From assembly GCA_045106895.1 (NCBI GenBank), contig JBGCFM010000059.1, positions 1-27,540 on the forward strand: a DNA stretch of 27,540 bases, given 5' to 3'. The notes beneath the pieces are model-generated. The model saw nothing but the letters and a program-made list of their open reading frames with translations. It had not been told where the DNA came from and searched no databases. A program made the translations under genes and the position numbers. Shown here in pieces: positions 1 through 9,682 of the stretch (positions are counted from its first letter, which is position 1; the number at the start of each line of letters is the position of its first letter). The DNA comes from Polyangiales bacterium (GTDB lineage Bacteria; Myxococcota_A; Polyangia; Polyangiales; Houyiibacteriaceae).

Positions 1-137
1 TGGCGATTTTTGGACTGAGTGCGTGCGCACGTGCGTCCGATTCACGTCCGCCTATGGACATAGGTGGCACGAATCGGAGGGTGCGTGATTGCGTGCTCAT
101 GCCGCAAAGCGGCATCGCGGAGTTTTTCACCAACCTG

Positions 138-2261
138 CTAGCGCGGTCGGCGAACAGGTTGCCGCTGGGTGGGGACGATAATAAACGCGGGGCTCTCGGC
201 GGATTGCCGGCGCACGGTGACTGTAAATCGCCCCGTGCCTGGTGCGTCAGGAAGACGAACGCGCAAGCCTTGGGCGCTAGCGTCGATCACCTCCACACGC
301 GCCCCTTCGAAGGTCACCCGGTTTTGCGCTGCTCGAGTGCTGAAGCCGTGACCCCGCAGGAGCGCCGTACATCCCGGGTTCACGCACTCGGGCTCGACGC
401 GCGCGATGGCTATACCCCGCGGCGTGTCGACGACGCGGAAATCACCGGCCTCGAGGCGTGCGCCGTTCGGCAAGAAGAGCTGAACGGGGCCGCTCTGGAC
501 GCGGCGTGGGACGACCACACGAAGCTCCACAGGGGAGACGCGCTCTGCACGAACAGGCCGGGCACCTTGGAACTGGACCTGAGTGACTCCCTGCGGAAAT
601 GCGCGGCCGCGGAATGTGACCTCGACGCCGGGATACGCCTCAGCGGGCTCCATGGCGAAGATTCGCTGCGCCGTCATGACCCGGAACTCGCCGGGGCTCG
701 CCGCCCCGCCTTCGGTGCCCACCTGAACGGTGATGCGGCCGCCACGGACGTTCGGGGGAACGCGCACCCGAATCTCCGTCGAAGAGAAGTAGACGATGGG
801 CATCGGTGTGCGCGAGAGCTCTACCCGGACGCGCGTGCTCCGTTCGCCAAAGTTGCTGCCTCGGATTGTGACCTCGGAACCAGCCGGTCCGGAGAGCGGC
901 GAGAACCCCGTGATGGACGGGAGCGTCTGTACGACGAAGGGCCGCGAGTAGCGCTGCCGCGCGCCTCCGCTCTGCACTTCAAACGTCCCCGTCTGAGCCG
1001 ACACGAGTCGCACCCGGAGCTCTCCGGAGGTTGCCGAGAGGATGGGCTGGGACACGCCGTCGAGGAGAACGACGTTTCCAGCGGGGTTCGGCACAAAGCC
1101 CGCACCACGGATCGTCACCTCCGTGCCCACGCCGCCGCGAAGAGGCGTAATGTCAGAGACACGAAGGGTCTCGAGCCACTCGAAGTCTGGGATGCCTTCG
1201 ACGGCGGCGCCTGCCACGGTGATGCTCAGGCCGCGAAGCACGCCGCGGGGCCTTCGGAGCGGGAGGCGAAGCTCGATGACCGAAGGACGTACGGCGGCGA
1301 CGCGGAGCGCTTGCCCGCCCACCGTCGCGCGCACGCGTCGAACGTCCGTTCCAAACCCATCACCGCTAACCGTCAGGGTCTGACTTGAGGCGAGCGCCGC
1401 GGATGAGAGAGCGCGAACGCTTGGCCCTTGAGAGGCGGAGAGGGACGCGCGAACCCGACCGACTCCAGCGACGCTCACTTGAAGGTCGTCGCTTCGGCTA
1501 GGCCGCGTCATGACGGCAAAAATCCGTACCGGTGTGGCCGAAGCAACGCGGAGTCGGCGGCCGCCGAGGGTGACTGTGTTCTGGCGCGCTTCGGGTGAAA
1601 ACCCTGTGCCATGAATGGCAAACTCCGTTGGACTCGGTCGGTCGATGCGCGAAATCGCAAGGGGTTCACCGACGACGAAGTTCGGACTCTCCACCGCCGC
1701 ACTCCCCGCGCGAATCTCGAAACGTCCGCTGCTCGCTCCGCGAGGAACGACGACCTGAATCTGCGTCGGCGATGCTTGACGTACAACAACCCGTTGCCCG
1801 TTGAGACTCACCGTTGGGCGAATGCCGAAGTTCGTGCCTTGAATCGTGACGACGAGGCCCGGCGCGCCGGAAGCCGGCGTCATCCCTGAGACGGTCGGAA
1901 CGTTGGCAGCGGCGACGACGCGAAAAGTAGGCCCCCGAAATTGCTGACGGCCACGCTGGATGATGATGCTCCCCGTTCGGGTACCGCTCGGAACGATGGC
2001 CACCCAGCGGTTCGGTGTCCTCGTCCGTATCTCCATCTCCTGCCCACCCATGAGCAAACGCGTTCCGCCGGAGAGATTGCGGCCGATGAGCGTGACCTCG
2101 GTCCCAGGAGGGCCCGAACGCGGCCTCACCTGCTCGATGACGGGTCTCGGGGCCATGCGCCGGGCACTAGCCACGTTGTCGCCGAGGAGCGGCCCACCAA
2201 AGGTCAGAGCGCCGGCACAGAGGGCCAGCGCGAGTCGAGTGGTCGTTCTCCAAGTATTCAT
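138..2261 (-). CDS. Secreted protein with about 8 tandem IPT/TIG (Ig-like) domains, 707 aa
   Basis: N-terminal signal peptide (RLALALCAGALTFGG...ASA). Eight ~80-aa units start with PxI/VxxxxPxxGxxGxxVTIxGxNF-type motifs, e.g. PVIEQVRPRSGPPGTEVTLIGRNL and PSITGFSPLSGPAGSEVTIRGSNF. Confidence 0.85.
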   Translation of the reverse strand: MNTWRTTTRLALALCAGALTFGGPLLGDNVASARRMAPRPVIEQVRPRSGPPGTEVTLIGRNLSGGTRLLMGGQEMEIRTRTPNRWVAIVPSGTRTGSIIIQRGRQQFRGPTFRVVAAANVPTVSGMTPASGAPGLVVTIQGTNFGIRPTVSLNGQRVVVRQASPTQIQVVVPRGASSGRFEIRAGSAAVESPNFVVGEPLAISRIDRPSPTEFAIHGTGFSPEARQNTVTLGGRRLRVASATPVRIFAVMTRPSRSDDLQVSVAGVGRVRASLSASQGPSVRALSSAALASSQTLTVSGDGFGTDVRRVRATVGGQALRVAAVRPSVIELRLPLRRPRGVLRGLSITVAGAAVEGIPDFEWLETLRVSDITPLRGGVGTEVTIRGAGFVPNPAGNVVLLDGVSQPILSATSGELRVRLVSAQTGTFEVQSGGARQRYSRPFVVQTLPSITGFSPLSGPAGSEVTIRGSNFGERSTRVRVELSRTPMPIVYFSSTEIRVRVPPNVRGGRITVQVGTEGGAASPGEFRVMTAQRIFAMEPAEAYPGVEVTFRGRAFPQGVTQVQFQGARPVRAERVSPVELRVVVPRRVQSGPVQLFLPNGARLEAGDFRVVDTPRGIAIARVEPECVNPGCTALLRGHGFSTRAAQNRVTFEGARVEVIDASAQGLRVRLPDAPGTGRFTVTVRRQSAESPAFIIVPTQRQPVRRPR

Positions 2262-2346
2262 CGGGGGTCTTTCTGCGCAGCGCTGACGATGGACGTGGTG
2301 GTGCCCGCCCTATTCAACTCGCCGCACACTTCACTTTTCGCGGGGC

Positions 2347-2673
2347 CTATCGCGTCGAGGTCAGGGCTTGCTCGGGCCCAAGTTCGCCGCTGAAAAGCTC
2401 CAAGATGCTCGGCGGCTCGATGGCGAGCCACGCGCTGGCGTCTTCAAACTCAAGGACCAGCGCGTCGCTGATCGTCGAGCCGCTGCCTAGCAAGCGCTTA
2501 CACTCTTTGTGCCAGTACAAGTACTGCTCAAGGCGGTGGGGGAAGTCGTCCCGAGAGAGACGCTGGATCATGGTGTTGCCGAACTTGGCGAAAGCCCCCG
2601 GGTCCTTTGGACCGAAGCGGCTTTCAAAGCGAGCTACGTAACTGGCATAGGCGGTATCTTCGTCGACGCTCAT
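2347..2673 (-). CDS. Small hypothetical protein, ~108 aa, downstream of hutI
   Basis: The ORF track gives 2347..2691. The ATG at 2673 lies 11 nt after the hutI stop and is the more likely start. Composition looks like a normal globular protein. Confidence 0.7.
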   Translation of the reverse strand: MSVDEDTAYASYVARFESRFGPKDPGAFAKFGNTMIQRLSRDDFPHRLEQYLYWHKECKRLLGSGSTISDALVLEFEDASAWLAIEPPSILELFSGELGPEQALTSTR

Positions 2674-2684
2674 CTGGTGACACC

Positions 2685-3926
2685 CTACCAAATCGCCGGC
2701 GAGATAGGGCTCTTGACGCGCACTTCGCCACCAATGAAGACCTTCTCAGCCGCGCTTCCCCCTAGCTGGTAGACCAAAGCCCGGGGATCCCTTGCCGAGA
2801 AGACCGCGAGATCCGCCGGCGCGCCTATCGCCAAAGTGCCACGATTGTCCTTCAAGCCGATCGCCTGAGCCGCGTGAGCGGTGATTCCCAGAATCGCCTC
2901 TTCCATCGTGAGACCTGCGTCGCGGACCGCGAGCGCAGCGCAGAGCAGGAGGTCCGGTGTCTGACTGGTTCCCGGATTGAAGTCGGACCCGATGGCCATC
3001 TTCACTCCCGCTGCCCGAAAACGTGCTGCCTTCGGCGGCGACTGTCGCAGCGTGCACCACGCGCCGGGGAGGAGAACGCCCACGACGTCGGCGCCAGCCA
3101 TCGCCGCGAGACCTTCGTCGGAGAGCTGCTCCAAATGGTCGACGCTCGTCGCCCCAAGGTCCGCCGCCATCTGCGCGCCTCCAAGATCCGCGAACTGACC
3201 GACGTGCGCGCGTCGACGCAGACCGTGTGCGCGCGCGGCCTCGAGAACCAAGCGCGACTGAGCGAGGGAAAACGCTCCCTCGTCGCAGTAGACGTCGCAC
3301 GCCGTGGCCGCGCCCTGCTCCACCACCGCGGGGAGCTGCTCGTGAATGACCTCGTTTAGGTACTCATCCTGAGAACGCCCCGCCGGAACCGCGTGGGCGC
3401 CGAGAAAGGTTGCCTCAATGCGCGTCACGCCTTCGGCTTCCACCGCTTTCGCGCACTCAAGCAGTCGCAGTTCATCGTGCGTGGAGAGCCCGTATCCGCT
3501 CTTCGCCTCGATGGTGGTGACGCCATGGGCGCGCATGGCCTTCGCGCGAGCGATGGCTTTGTCGATGAGGACGTCGTGACTCGCCGCGCGCGTGCTGCGG
3601 ACCGTCGACATGATACCGCCGCCTTCCGCCGCCACGGTGCGGTAGTCGATTCCTGCAAAGCGCGCGGCCAGCTCCGCCGTTCGTTCGCCATCGAAAACAA
3701 GGTGCGTATGAGGGTCGATGAGACCCGGAAGAACGCAGCCGCGCACCTCGAGAGTCTCGTCGGCTGGCGTGTCCACCATCGGACCCACGTACGCGATGCG
3801 GCCCTGATTGATCGCCAGAAGTCCGTCGTCGATGATGCCGAGGGGGTTTCCTTCGCGCGGGATGCACGTGACGAGGCGTCCGCGGATGGCCAACTCGATG
3901 CGCGGCCGGGTGAACGCGCTCTTCAC
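2685..3926 (-). CDS. hutI: Imidazolonepropionase (amidohydrolase family)
   Basis: Motifs [37 protein letters not shown] and SDFNPG. The GTG start overlaps the hutU stop (GTGA). Confidence 0.95.
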   Translation of the reverse strand: MKSAFTRPRIELAIRGRLVTCIPREGNPLGIIDDGLLAINQGRIAYVGPMVDTPADETLEVRGCVLPGLIDPHTHLVFDGERTAELAARFAGIDYRTVAAEGGGIMSTVRSTRAASHDVLIDKAIARAKAMRAHGVTTIEAKSGYGLSTHDELRLLECAKAVEAEGVTRIEATFLGAHAVPAGRSQDEYLNEVIHEQLPAVVEQGAATACDVYCDEGAFSLAQSRLVLEAARAHGLRRRAHVGQFADLGGAQMAADLGATSVDHLEQLSDEGLAAMAGADVVGVLLPGAWCTLRQSPPKAARFRAAGVKMAIGSDFNPGTSQTPDLLLCAALAVRDAGLTMEEAILGITAHAAQAIGLKDNRGTLAIGAPADLAVFSARDPRALVYQLGGSAAEKVFIGGEVRVKSPISPAIW

Positions 3927-5593
3927 TTGCTCGGCCGCGTGGAGTCGTGCCGATGGGGTACGTGAACACCACGCTCATCCGCCGTCTTTTCAGCGATGTC
4001 GTAGCCGGCGTCCGCGTGACGGATCACGCCCATGCCCGGGTCGTTGGTGAGGACACGTTCCAATCGTCTGTCCGCTGCTTCGGTACCGTCGGCGACGATC
4101 ACGACGCCCGAATGAAGGCTGTAGCCGATGCCTACGCCGCCGCCGTGATGAACACTCACCCACGTCGCGCCGCCGGAGGTCGCCGTCAGCGCGTTGAGAA
4201 TCGGCCAATCCGCGATGGCGTCGCTGCCGTCCTTCATTCCTTCGGTTTCGCGGTTTGGGCTCGCCACGCTGCCGCAGTCGAGGTGGTCGCGCCCGATAAC
4301 GATGGGCGCCTTGAGCTTTCCTTCGCGCACAAGCTCGTTGAACTTGAGGCCGACTCGGTGCCTGTCGCCATAGCCGAGCCAACAGATACGTGAGGGCAAA
4401 CCTTGCCAGGCGACTCGCTCCTTCGCCATGTCGAGCCAGTGATGAAGCGCCTTGTCATCCGGCACCACCTCTTTGACCGCCGCGTCCGTGACGGCGATGT
4501 CCTCCGGGTCACCGGAGAGCGCGACCCAACGGAAGGGGCCTTTGCCTTCACAGAAGAGCGGTCGAATGTAGGCAGGTACGAAGCCCTCGATGTCGAACGC
4601 GTCGCCGCAGCCGGCGTTCTGCGCCTCGGCGCGAATGTTGTTGCCGTAGTCGCAGGCGAAGACCCCGGCCTTCTGCATCGCGAGCATCGCGTCGACCTCG
4701 ACGGCCATGCTCTCCCGGGCGAGCTTGATGTATCCGTCGGGGTCCGACGCGCGCAACGCGGCAGCGTTCTTGAGGTCGAAGCCCGCTGGCACATAGCCCC
4801 GAAGCGGGTCGTGGGCCGACGTCTGCTCCGTCACAAAGTCGGGCAGCGTTCCGCGACGGACCAGCTCTGGGTAGACCTCCGCAGCGTTGCCGACGAGCCC
4901 TACGCTCAGAGGCGTCCCACTTCGCTTCGACTCTTCGATGATGGCGAGCGCTTCGTCGAGGTCCGTCGCCATACGGTCGACGTATCGGGTCTCGAGCCGC
5001 CGCTTCACCCGTGACTCGTCGATCTCCACGCCGAGGAACGACGCGCCAGCCATCGTTGCGGCAAGAGGTTGCGCGCCGCCCATGCCGCCGAGTCCCGCGG
5101 AGAGAATCCAGCGACCACTCCAGTCCCCGCCGAAGTGCTTGACGCCCGCGCTGACGAAGGTCTCGTAGGTCCCTTGAAGGATCCCTTGAGTTCCGATGTA
5201 GATCCACGAACCCGCCGTCACCTGGCCGTACATCGTCAGACCTTCGGCCTCGAGCTTCCGAAAGGTCTTCCAGTCTGCCCACTTGGGCACGAGGAGACTG
5301 TTGGCGATGAGCACCCGCGGCGCATCTTCGTGCGTGCGAAAACGACCGACGGCCTTGCCACTCTGAACCAAGAGCGTCTCGTCGTTCTCCAGGTCACGGA
5401 GCTCACGAACGATGACATCGAAGGCCTCCCAGTTCCGCGCCGCCTTGCCGGTGCCGCCGTACACGACGAGCTCTTCGGGGCGCTCCGCCACCTCCGGATC
5501 AAGGTTGTTCATCAACATGCGAAGGGCAGCCTCTTGGGCCCAGCCTTTGCAGCTCAGTTCGGTGCCCCTCGGCGCCCGGATCGTTCGTGCCAT
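3923..5593 (-). CDS. hutU: Urocanate hydratase
   Basis: Motifs [66 protein letters not shown] and HHGGGVG. Length of 556 aa is typical. Confidence 0.98.
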   Translation of the reverse strand: MARTIRAPRGTELSCKGWAQEAALRMLMNNLDPEVAERPEELVVYGGTGKAARNWEAFDVIVRELRDLENDETLLVQSGKAVGRFRTHEDAPRVLIANSLLVPKWADWKTFRKLEAEGLTMYGQVTAGSWIYIGTQGILQGTYETFVSAGVKHFGGDWSGRWILSAGLGGMGGAQPLAATMAGASFLGVEIDESRVKRRLETRYVDRMATDLDEALAIIEESKRSGTPLSVGLVGNAAEVYPELVRRGTLPDFVTEQTSAHDPLRGYVPAGFDLKNAAALRASDPDGYIKLARESMAVEVDAMLAMQKAGVFACDYGNNIRAEAQNAGCGDAFDIEGFVPAYIRPLFCEGKGPFRWVALSGDPEDIAVTDAAVKEVVPDDKALHHWLDMAKERVAWQGLPSRICWLGYGDRHRVGLKFNELVREGKLKAPIVIGRDHLDCGSVASPNRETEGMKDGSDAIADWPILNALTATSGGATWVSVHHGGGVGIGYSLHSGVVIVADGTEAADRRLERVLTNDPGMGVIRHADAGYDIAEKTADERGVHVPHRHDSTRPSK

Positions 5594-5659
5594 GGCCGGA
5601 CTATTTCGAGGACGAGGCGCGGGGGCAAGGTCATTCGGCGTCGGAGCTTGCGAAGAAGC

Positions 5660-6307
5660 TCAGGAACCCCACTCCAGTCGTGCCAAGCTCGACGTCGCCT
5701 CCATCGACACCACCGCACTGCGGACGCCTTTCGCACCGCCGATTTTGAGCGCTTCTTCACCTGCGCAGAGGAACCCCCGCATCACAAAGGGCAAGAAGAT
5801 GTGACGAGGATGGTGCATGCGAACGACGATATGGGTCGAGTGGGACTCGATGACCTTGTTCGTTGTTCCTTTGTGGAAGAGCCCCCAGGCCGACTGCGTC
5901 AGGCGCGCGACCCTCGACGAGCTAAAGACTCGAAAGACGGCTCGGTAGAGCGGCCCCTCCATCACGCGTCGTCCTCGTATTCGTGCGTGGGAAACATACG
6001 CGTCGTCGTCGCGAAATACGTTCTGCCGGAGTGCGATCAAAGCGCACTGCGCTTCCACTTCGGTGACCCAACTTGAGAGCGGCGGGGGGTTCCTCAGGAT
6101 CGCCCGCACCTCCGGGGGTACGGCCTCCGCGATTTCGTCTTCGTAGCCGCTGACGAGCGCATTGAGGCCCGCCATCTTGCTTCGAACGAGCGGGTACGAC
6201 GAGATCCCATGAGGCAAGCTCTCTAGGTACTCCTCCACCATTCCCACGGCGTAGCGTACCACGCCCGCCGGCGACGCATGGTCGAACCAGGGACGATGTT
6301 CTGGCAT
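5660..6307 (-). CDS. Myxobacterial hypothetical protein, possibly DUF2378/TIGR02265-like
   Basis: YLESLPHGISSYP...LRNPPPLSSWV pattern and a C-terminal beta-rich segment ending LEW resemble a myxobacterial paralogous family. The start could instead be the ATG at 6241. Confidence 0.55.
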   Translation of the reverse strand: MPEHRPWFDHASPAGVVRYAVGMVEEYLESLPHGISSYPLVRSKMAGLNALVSGYEDEIAEAVPPEVRAILRNPPPLSSWVTEVEAQCALIALRQNVFRDDDAYVSHARIRGRRVMEGPLYRAVFRVFSSSRVARLTQSAWGLFHKGTTNKVIESHSTHIVVRMHHPRHIFLPFVMRGFLCAGEEALKIGGAKGVRSAVVSMEATSSLARLEWGS

Positions 6308-6377
6308 ACTTGGAGTGAGCCTCGTCTTCGTTTGCTGCTCGACGTCGAGTCGGGCGGGCGATGAACACGCCGAAACT

Positions 6378-6836
6378 ATGACATCTTCGTCGCACCCTCC
6401 TCGGCCCTTCCGTTCACTTCTCGGTGAAAACGAAGGAAGCGACTACGCGGAGCACATCGGGAAGAACGGAAAGATCCGCGCATGGCACTTTGGTCACCAA
6501 ATAGGAGTGTTCGAATCGTCCGGCTCCATCGAAGGGGCGCACGCGCGCTTCGTCGTTGAGTACTTTGGCACGCACCTCGAAACGCGTCCCCGCCCTTGGC
6601 ACGCGTTCGGGAACTGGATGCACCTCGACGCCTACACGCCGGAAGTGCGCAAGATTCTAACGGACTGGCAGGTCGCGCAGGGCTACGCGGAACTCCACGT
6701 CGCCGCGGATTCTGCTCTCCTCGCCCTGAGCATCAACCTGGCCAACTCACTGTTGAAGAACACGGTTGCAGTCGTGACCAACGAAGAACGCCTCGACGAC
6801 ATCTTTCTTAGAGTCCGCGAGCGCTGCGGGGTCTAA
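6378..6836 (+). CDS. Hypothetical protein, possible STAS/SEC14 (SpoIIAA-like) fold, ~152 aa
   Basis: The ORF track starts at GTG 6315; I prefer ATG 6378. HAFGNWMHLDAYTPEVRKILTDW...LHVAADSALLALSINLAN resembles myxobacterial SpoIIAA-like proteins. Confidence 0.5.
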   Translation: MTSSSHPPRPFRSLLGENEGSDYAEHIGKNGKIRAWHFGHQIGVFESSGSIEGAHARFVVEYFGTHLETRPRPWHAFGNWMHLDAYTPEVRKILTDWQVAQGYAELHVAADSALLALSINLANSLLKNTVAVVTNEERLDDIFLRVRERCGV

Positions 6837-6871
6837 GGGTCGCCGGGCCTAGTCGCTGCGCGGCCTAGTTG

Positions 6872-7201
6872 CTAGTAGCTGCGTGGAAGTGCGTCGAGGT
6901 CGGCGGTGTCGAGGGCAAAACGAATCAGCGCGCTGCGATTCATCTTGCGGTGCCCGGACTCCTTCAACTTCGCCACCTTCGCGTCGAGGCGAGCCAGGTC
7001 TTCCTTGTACAGGGAGATGCAGATGACATCGTAGTGGTCCGGCTTTTTGTTCTTTCGGCTCCGCGTCTTTGCCTTCTTCTTTGGCTTGTCCTCCGCCTTC
7101 GGTGGCTCCGAGTAGAAGCTCTCTCGGAGTACCTCTCGAACTTCGTCTTCGCCAAAGATGCCGTCGAATGTGTTGTCGTTGTTCATGGTCTTGGCTTTCA
7201 A
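6872..7201 (-). CDS. Small protein with a charged flexible N-terminus and a C-terminal ribbon-helix-helix-like domain; probable ParA partner
   Basis: [23 protein letters not shown]...[10 protein letters not shown] fits a beta-helix-helix pattern. The TTG start overlaps the parA stop (TTGA); an alternative ATG lies at 7186. Confidence 0.7.
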   Translation of the reverse strand: MKAKTMNNDNTFDGIFGEDEVREVLRESFYSEPPKAEDKPKKKAKTRSRKNKKPDHYDVICISLYKEDLARLDAKVAKLKESGHRKMNRSALIRFALDTADLDALPRSY

Positions 7202-8424
7202 ACGAGGGCTCGTCGTGTGTAGAGAGAAGGTGTGCGTGGCGTCGCCGGCGGCGAAGTCTCCTTGGCGCTGAAGGGTTTCGGCCGCGTAAACGTGCGGCGC
7301 TTCGGAGCCGTACTCGCTGAGACGGATGACGCTGAAGCGGGTGAAGCGACGGTCGCTTTGTCCGCCGCGGCGCTGGAAGCGACGGCGCTCACCTCCGGCG
7401 CTTTGCCGGCGACGAGGATCTCTTCGACGGCACGACGGTAGTCGATGGCGCCGTGACTCTCCGGCGCGTACTCAAAGATCGTCTGACGCATACTCGGCGC
7501 CTCGCGGAGCTTCGTATTTACGCGAATCGGCGAAAGGCAACGCTCGCCGAAGTGCTTCTCAAGTGTCGCCACGGCGTCGCGCGAAATACGGTTTCGCACG
7601 TCGTAGAAGGTGGGGATGACGCCGAGAATTCGAGGCTCGTGCTGCAAGAGCGTGCGGACGTTCTTGAGGGTCTTGAGGACCTGTTTGACGCCGATCAGGG
7701 AGAGGTAGTCACAGCCGACAGGGATGACGACACCATCCGCATAGACGAGGGCGTTCTGATTCAGGAGCGAGAGCGCGGGCGCGCAGTCGAGAACCACCAC
7801 GTCGTATCCTTGGACTGCGGATCCGAGGCGCTCGCGCAGCACGCGGTGACGGTTCGGGCGCTGGGCCAAGTAGAGTTCGGCGGCAGCCAGCATCTCGTTC
7901 GACGTCAGAACATCAAGGTTGTTCCGCACCGGGATGGCGGCCTCTTCCACCGACGCACCCTGAACGAGCACATGGTAGAGCGTCTTCTCTCCGCGAATCC
8001 CCAGGGACGCGCCGACATTGCCCTGGCCGTCAGCGTCGATGAGGAGGACGCGCTTGCCCGCCTCCGCCAAGCCAGCCGCGAGGTTCACCGCCGTCGTGGT
8101 CTTGCCTGTCCCGCCTTTGTGGTTGAAGACGGCGATGCGTCGCGCTTCCGCGGGGCGCTCGCGCGCAGGCAACTTGGGCTGCGCCGCGCGGCACTCCTGC
8201 GTGCAAAAGTAGTGACGTCCGCCGTCGCGAACCACGACCTGATAGGGGAACTCGAGTTCAAAGCGCTTGTCACAGACGCTACAGCACGAAGCCTGGGCTA
8301 GGAGACTCCGCTGGCACGTCGTCGAGCAAACGTAGACAAAGCCGCCCTTCTCTTCGCGCACTTGATAGCGGAACTTCACATCAAAGGCTTTGGCGCACAC
8401 ATCGCAACGGGATCGCTCGTCCAT
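7198..8424 (-). CDS. ParA/Soj-family ATPase with two N-terminal TRASH/YHS-like Cys motifs and a Ser/Ala/Pro-rich tail
   Basis: Deviant Walker [22 protein letters not shown], Walker [11 protein letters not shown] and [12 protein letters not shown]. The N-terminus has CDVC..x..VCSTTC and CSVC..x..FCTQEC. An AGAAGGA RBS lies upstream of the ATG. Confidence 0.9.
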   Translation of the reverse strand: MDERSRCDVCAKAFDVKFRYQVREEKGGFVYVCSTTCQRSLLAQASCCSVCDKRFELEFPYQVVVRDGGRHYFCTQECRAAQPKLPARERPAEARRIAVFNHKGGTGKTTTAVNLAAGLAEAGKRVLLIDADGQGNVGASLGIRGEKTLYHVLVQGASVEEAAIPVRNNLDVLTSNEMLAAAELYLAQRPNRHRVLRERLGSAVQGYDVVVLDCAPALSLLNQNALVYADGVVIPVGCDYLSLIGVKQVLKTLKNVRTLLQHEPRILGVIPTFYDVRNRISRDAVATLEKHFGERCLSPIRVNTKLREAPSMRQTIFEYAPESHGAIDYRRAVEEILVAGKAPEVSAVASSAAADKATVASPASASSVSASTAPKRRTFTRPKPFSAKETSPPATPRTPSLYTRRALV

Positions 8425-8446
8425 TTGGGTCCTTCTCTCTATCCGA

Positions 8447-8463
8447 GAACTTTTGGAAAGTTC
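8447..8463. promoter_or_regulatory. Inverted repeat GAACTTT-N3-AAAGTTC, candidate operator upstream of the parA-like gene
   Basis: Perfect 7-bp arms in an AT-richer divergent intergenic region, 22 nt from the parA start codon. Function is inferred only. Confidence 0.3.
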
Positions 8464-8622
8464 ACTCGCCGCCGCTGGCGGCTCACCCTCAAACTCTTAC
8501 GGAGACGCTTACTGAAGTGCCTCGTGAACCACTCATGCAACAGCATATGGTGAGGGGTCAAAAAACCTGCTGGGCGAGTTCCCGCGTGCGCGAGGAACGC
8601 TTCAAGGCGCTAAAACACCTTC

Positions 8623-9645
8623 GTGAGGGACGAAAGCACTTCAAACGCAACGCCCACCCGGTTCGATTGTCCACGCTGTGGATCCGCGATGAGCATGCAC
8701 CACGGACTCGCCGGATGGCTGGCGGCCTGCGGGCGCTGCGGCGGTACCTGGTTCAACAACGCGTTCTGCATCGCCATCGCCGCCGACGAAGTGCACTGGT
8801 CGGATCGCAGGCTCATTCGTCAGGCGAGCTCCGCCACGGCGCCTCTACGACGCAAGGGGCCCCTGCATGTTGGCTGTCCAACGTGCGATGTGCCGTTGAT
8901 CGCAAACCTCATCGACGGCGGAATCATGATCGACGCTTGCCCCGACCACGGGACGTTCTTTGATTGGGGAGAGCTTCGTTCGTACCGCGTGGAGAGATTA
9001 CGCCAACGCAGGTTGATTCCATCCACAGCGACGCGTTCGCCAAACGCAGACCAGATCATGGCTTCGGTGATGAAACGCTTGGAGCGCCTCCACGACACCA
9101 CAAACGCCGCGCGTCTTCGCGCTCAGAAGTCCACGAGCCAAACCACGATGGGCGCTCCACCGGTTTACTTTCCGACGGAGCGAGAGATTCGGGCGTCTCT
9201 CGCGGATTTCGTTTGTCCAGGTTGCAAAGCGCCGACGACCACCCTGACAAGCTCCGCCGGTTTGCTCGCAACCTGCCCTCGCTGCGCAGGCGCCTGGCTC
9301 GACAACGCCGCTTCCGTGGTGCTGACACAGGGTAAGCTCCTAGAACCTGACCTTGCGTTCTTGTCTCACTTCGAAGGCGGCGTTGCCACCAGCGGCGCAT
9401 CCGCCAGCCCGTTTCGACGGGCATCCATTCCACGTGACTGTCCCGTTTGCGCCGAGCGCCTCGTCGCCACTCAAACGGAATCGATCACCACGGACGTGTG
9501 CATCGCGCATGGAGTGTTCTTCGACGCCAAAGAGCTCGGCCACCTTCATGCGATTTACGGCGAGCGCGCGCAGCTGAAGGTGGGAGACGAAACGCCGACG
9601 GGCATCGCCGCGTGGCTTCGGAGAACGTTGGGCCTGCAGGACTAG
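8623..9645 (+). CDS. Protein with four zf-TFIIB-like zinc ribbons (internally duplicated two-ribbon unit)
   Basis: CPRC..CGRCGGTWFN, CPTC..CPDHGTFFDWGEL, CPGC..CPRCAGAWLD and CPVC..CIAHGVFFDAKEL. The start position is uncertain. Confidence 0.8.
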   Translation: MRDESTSNATPTRFDCPRCGSAMSMHHGLAGWLAACGRCGGTWFNNAFCIAIAADEVHWSDRRLIRQASSATAPLRRKGPLHVGCPTCDVPLIANLIDGGIMIDACPDHGTFFDWGELRSYRVERLRQRRLIPSTATRSPNADQIMASVMKRLERLHDTTNAARLRAQKSTSQTTMGAPPVYFPTEREIRASLADFVCPGCKAPTTTLTSSAGLLATCPRCAGAWLDNAASVVLTQGKLLEPDLAFLSHFEGGVATSGASASPFRRASIPRDCPVCAERLVATQTESITTDVCIAHGVFFDAKELGHLHAIYGERAQLKVGDETPTGIAAWLRRTLGLQD

Positions 9646-9682
9646 AGCCTGCCTCCACCAACGCGAAGGCAGCGTGCCGAGG

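Noticed and set aside
54..1388. 444-aa plus-strand ORF and the many other long overlapping ORFs in the track (e.g. 5069-6076, 18572-19624, 23387-24421)
   Set aside because: They are antisense or frame-shifted shadows of well-supported genes, expected in high-GC DNA, and carry no recognisable motifs.
6847..6869. GGCCTAGT direct repeat between convergent genes
   Set aside because: Only two 8-bp copies with no supporting structure; likely chance.
7198..8424. Calling this gene chromosomal parA/soj or pomZ
   Set aside because: No adjacent parB, gidAB or pomXY-like genes, and the N-terminal Cys domains are atypical, so no symbol was assigned.
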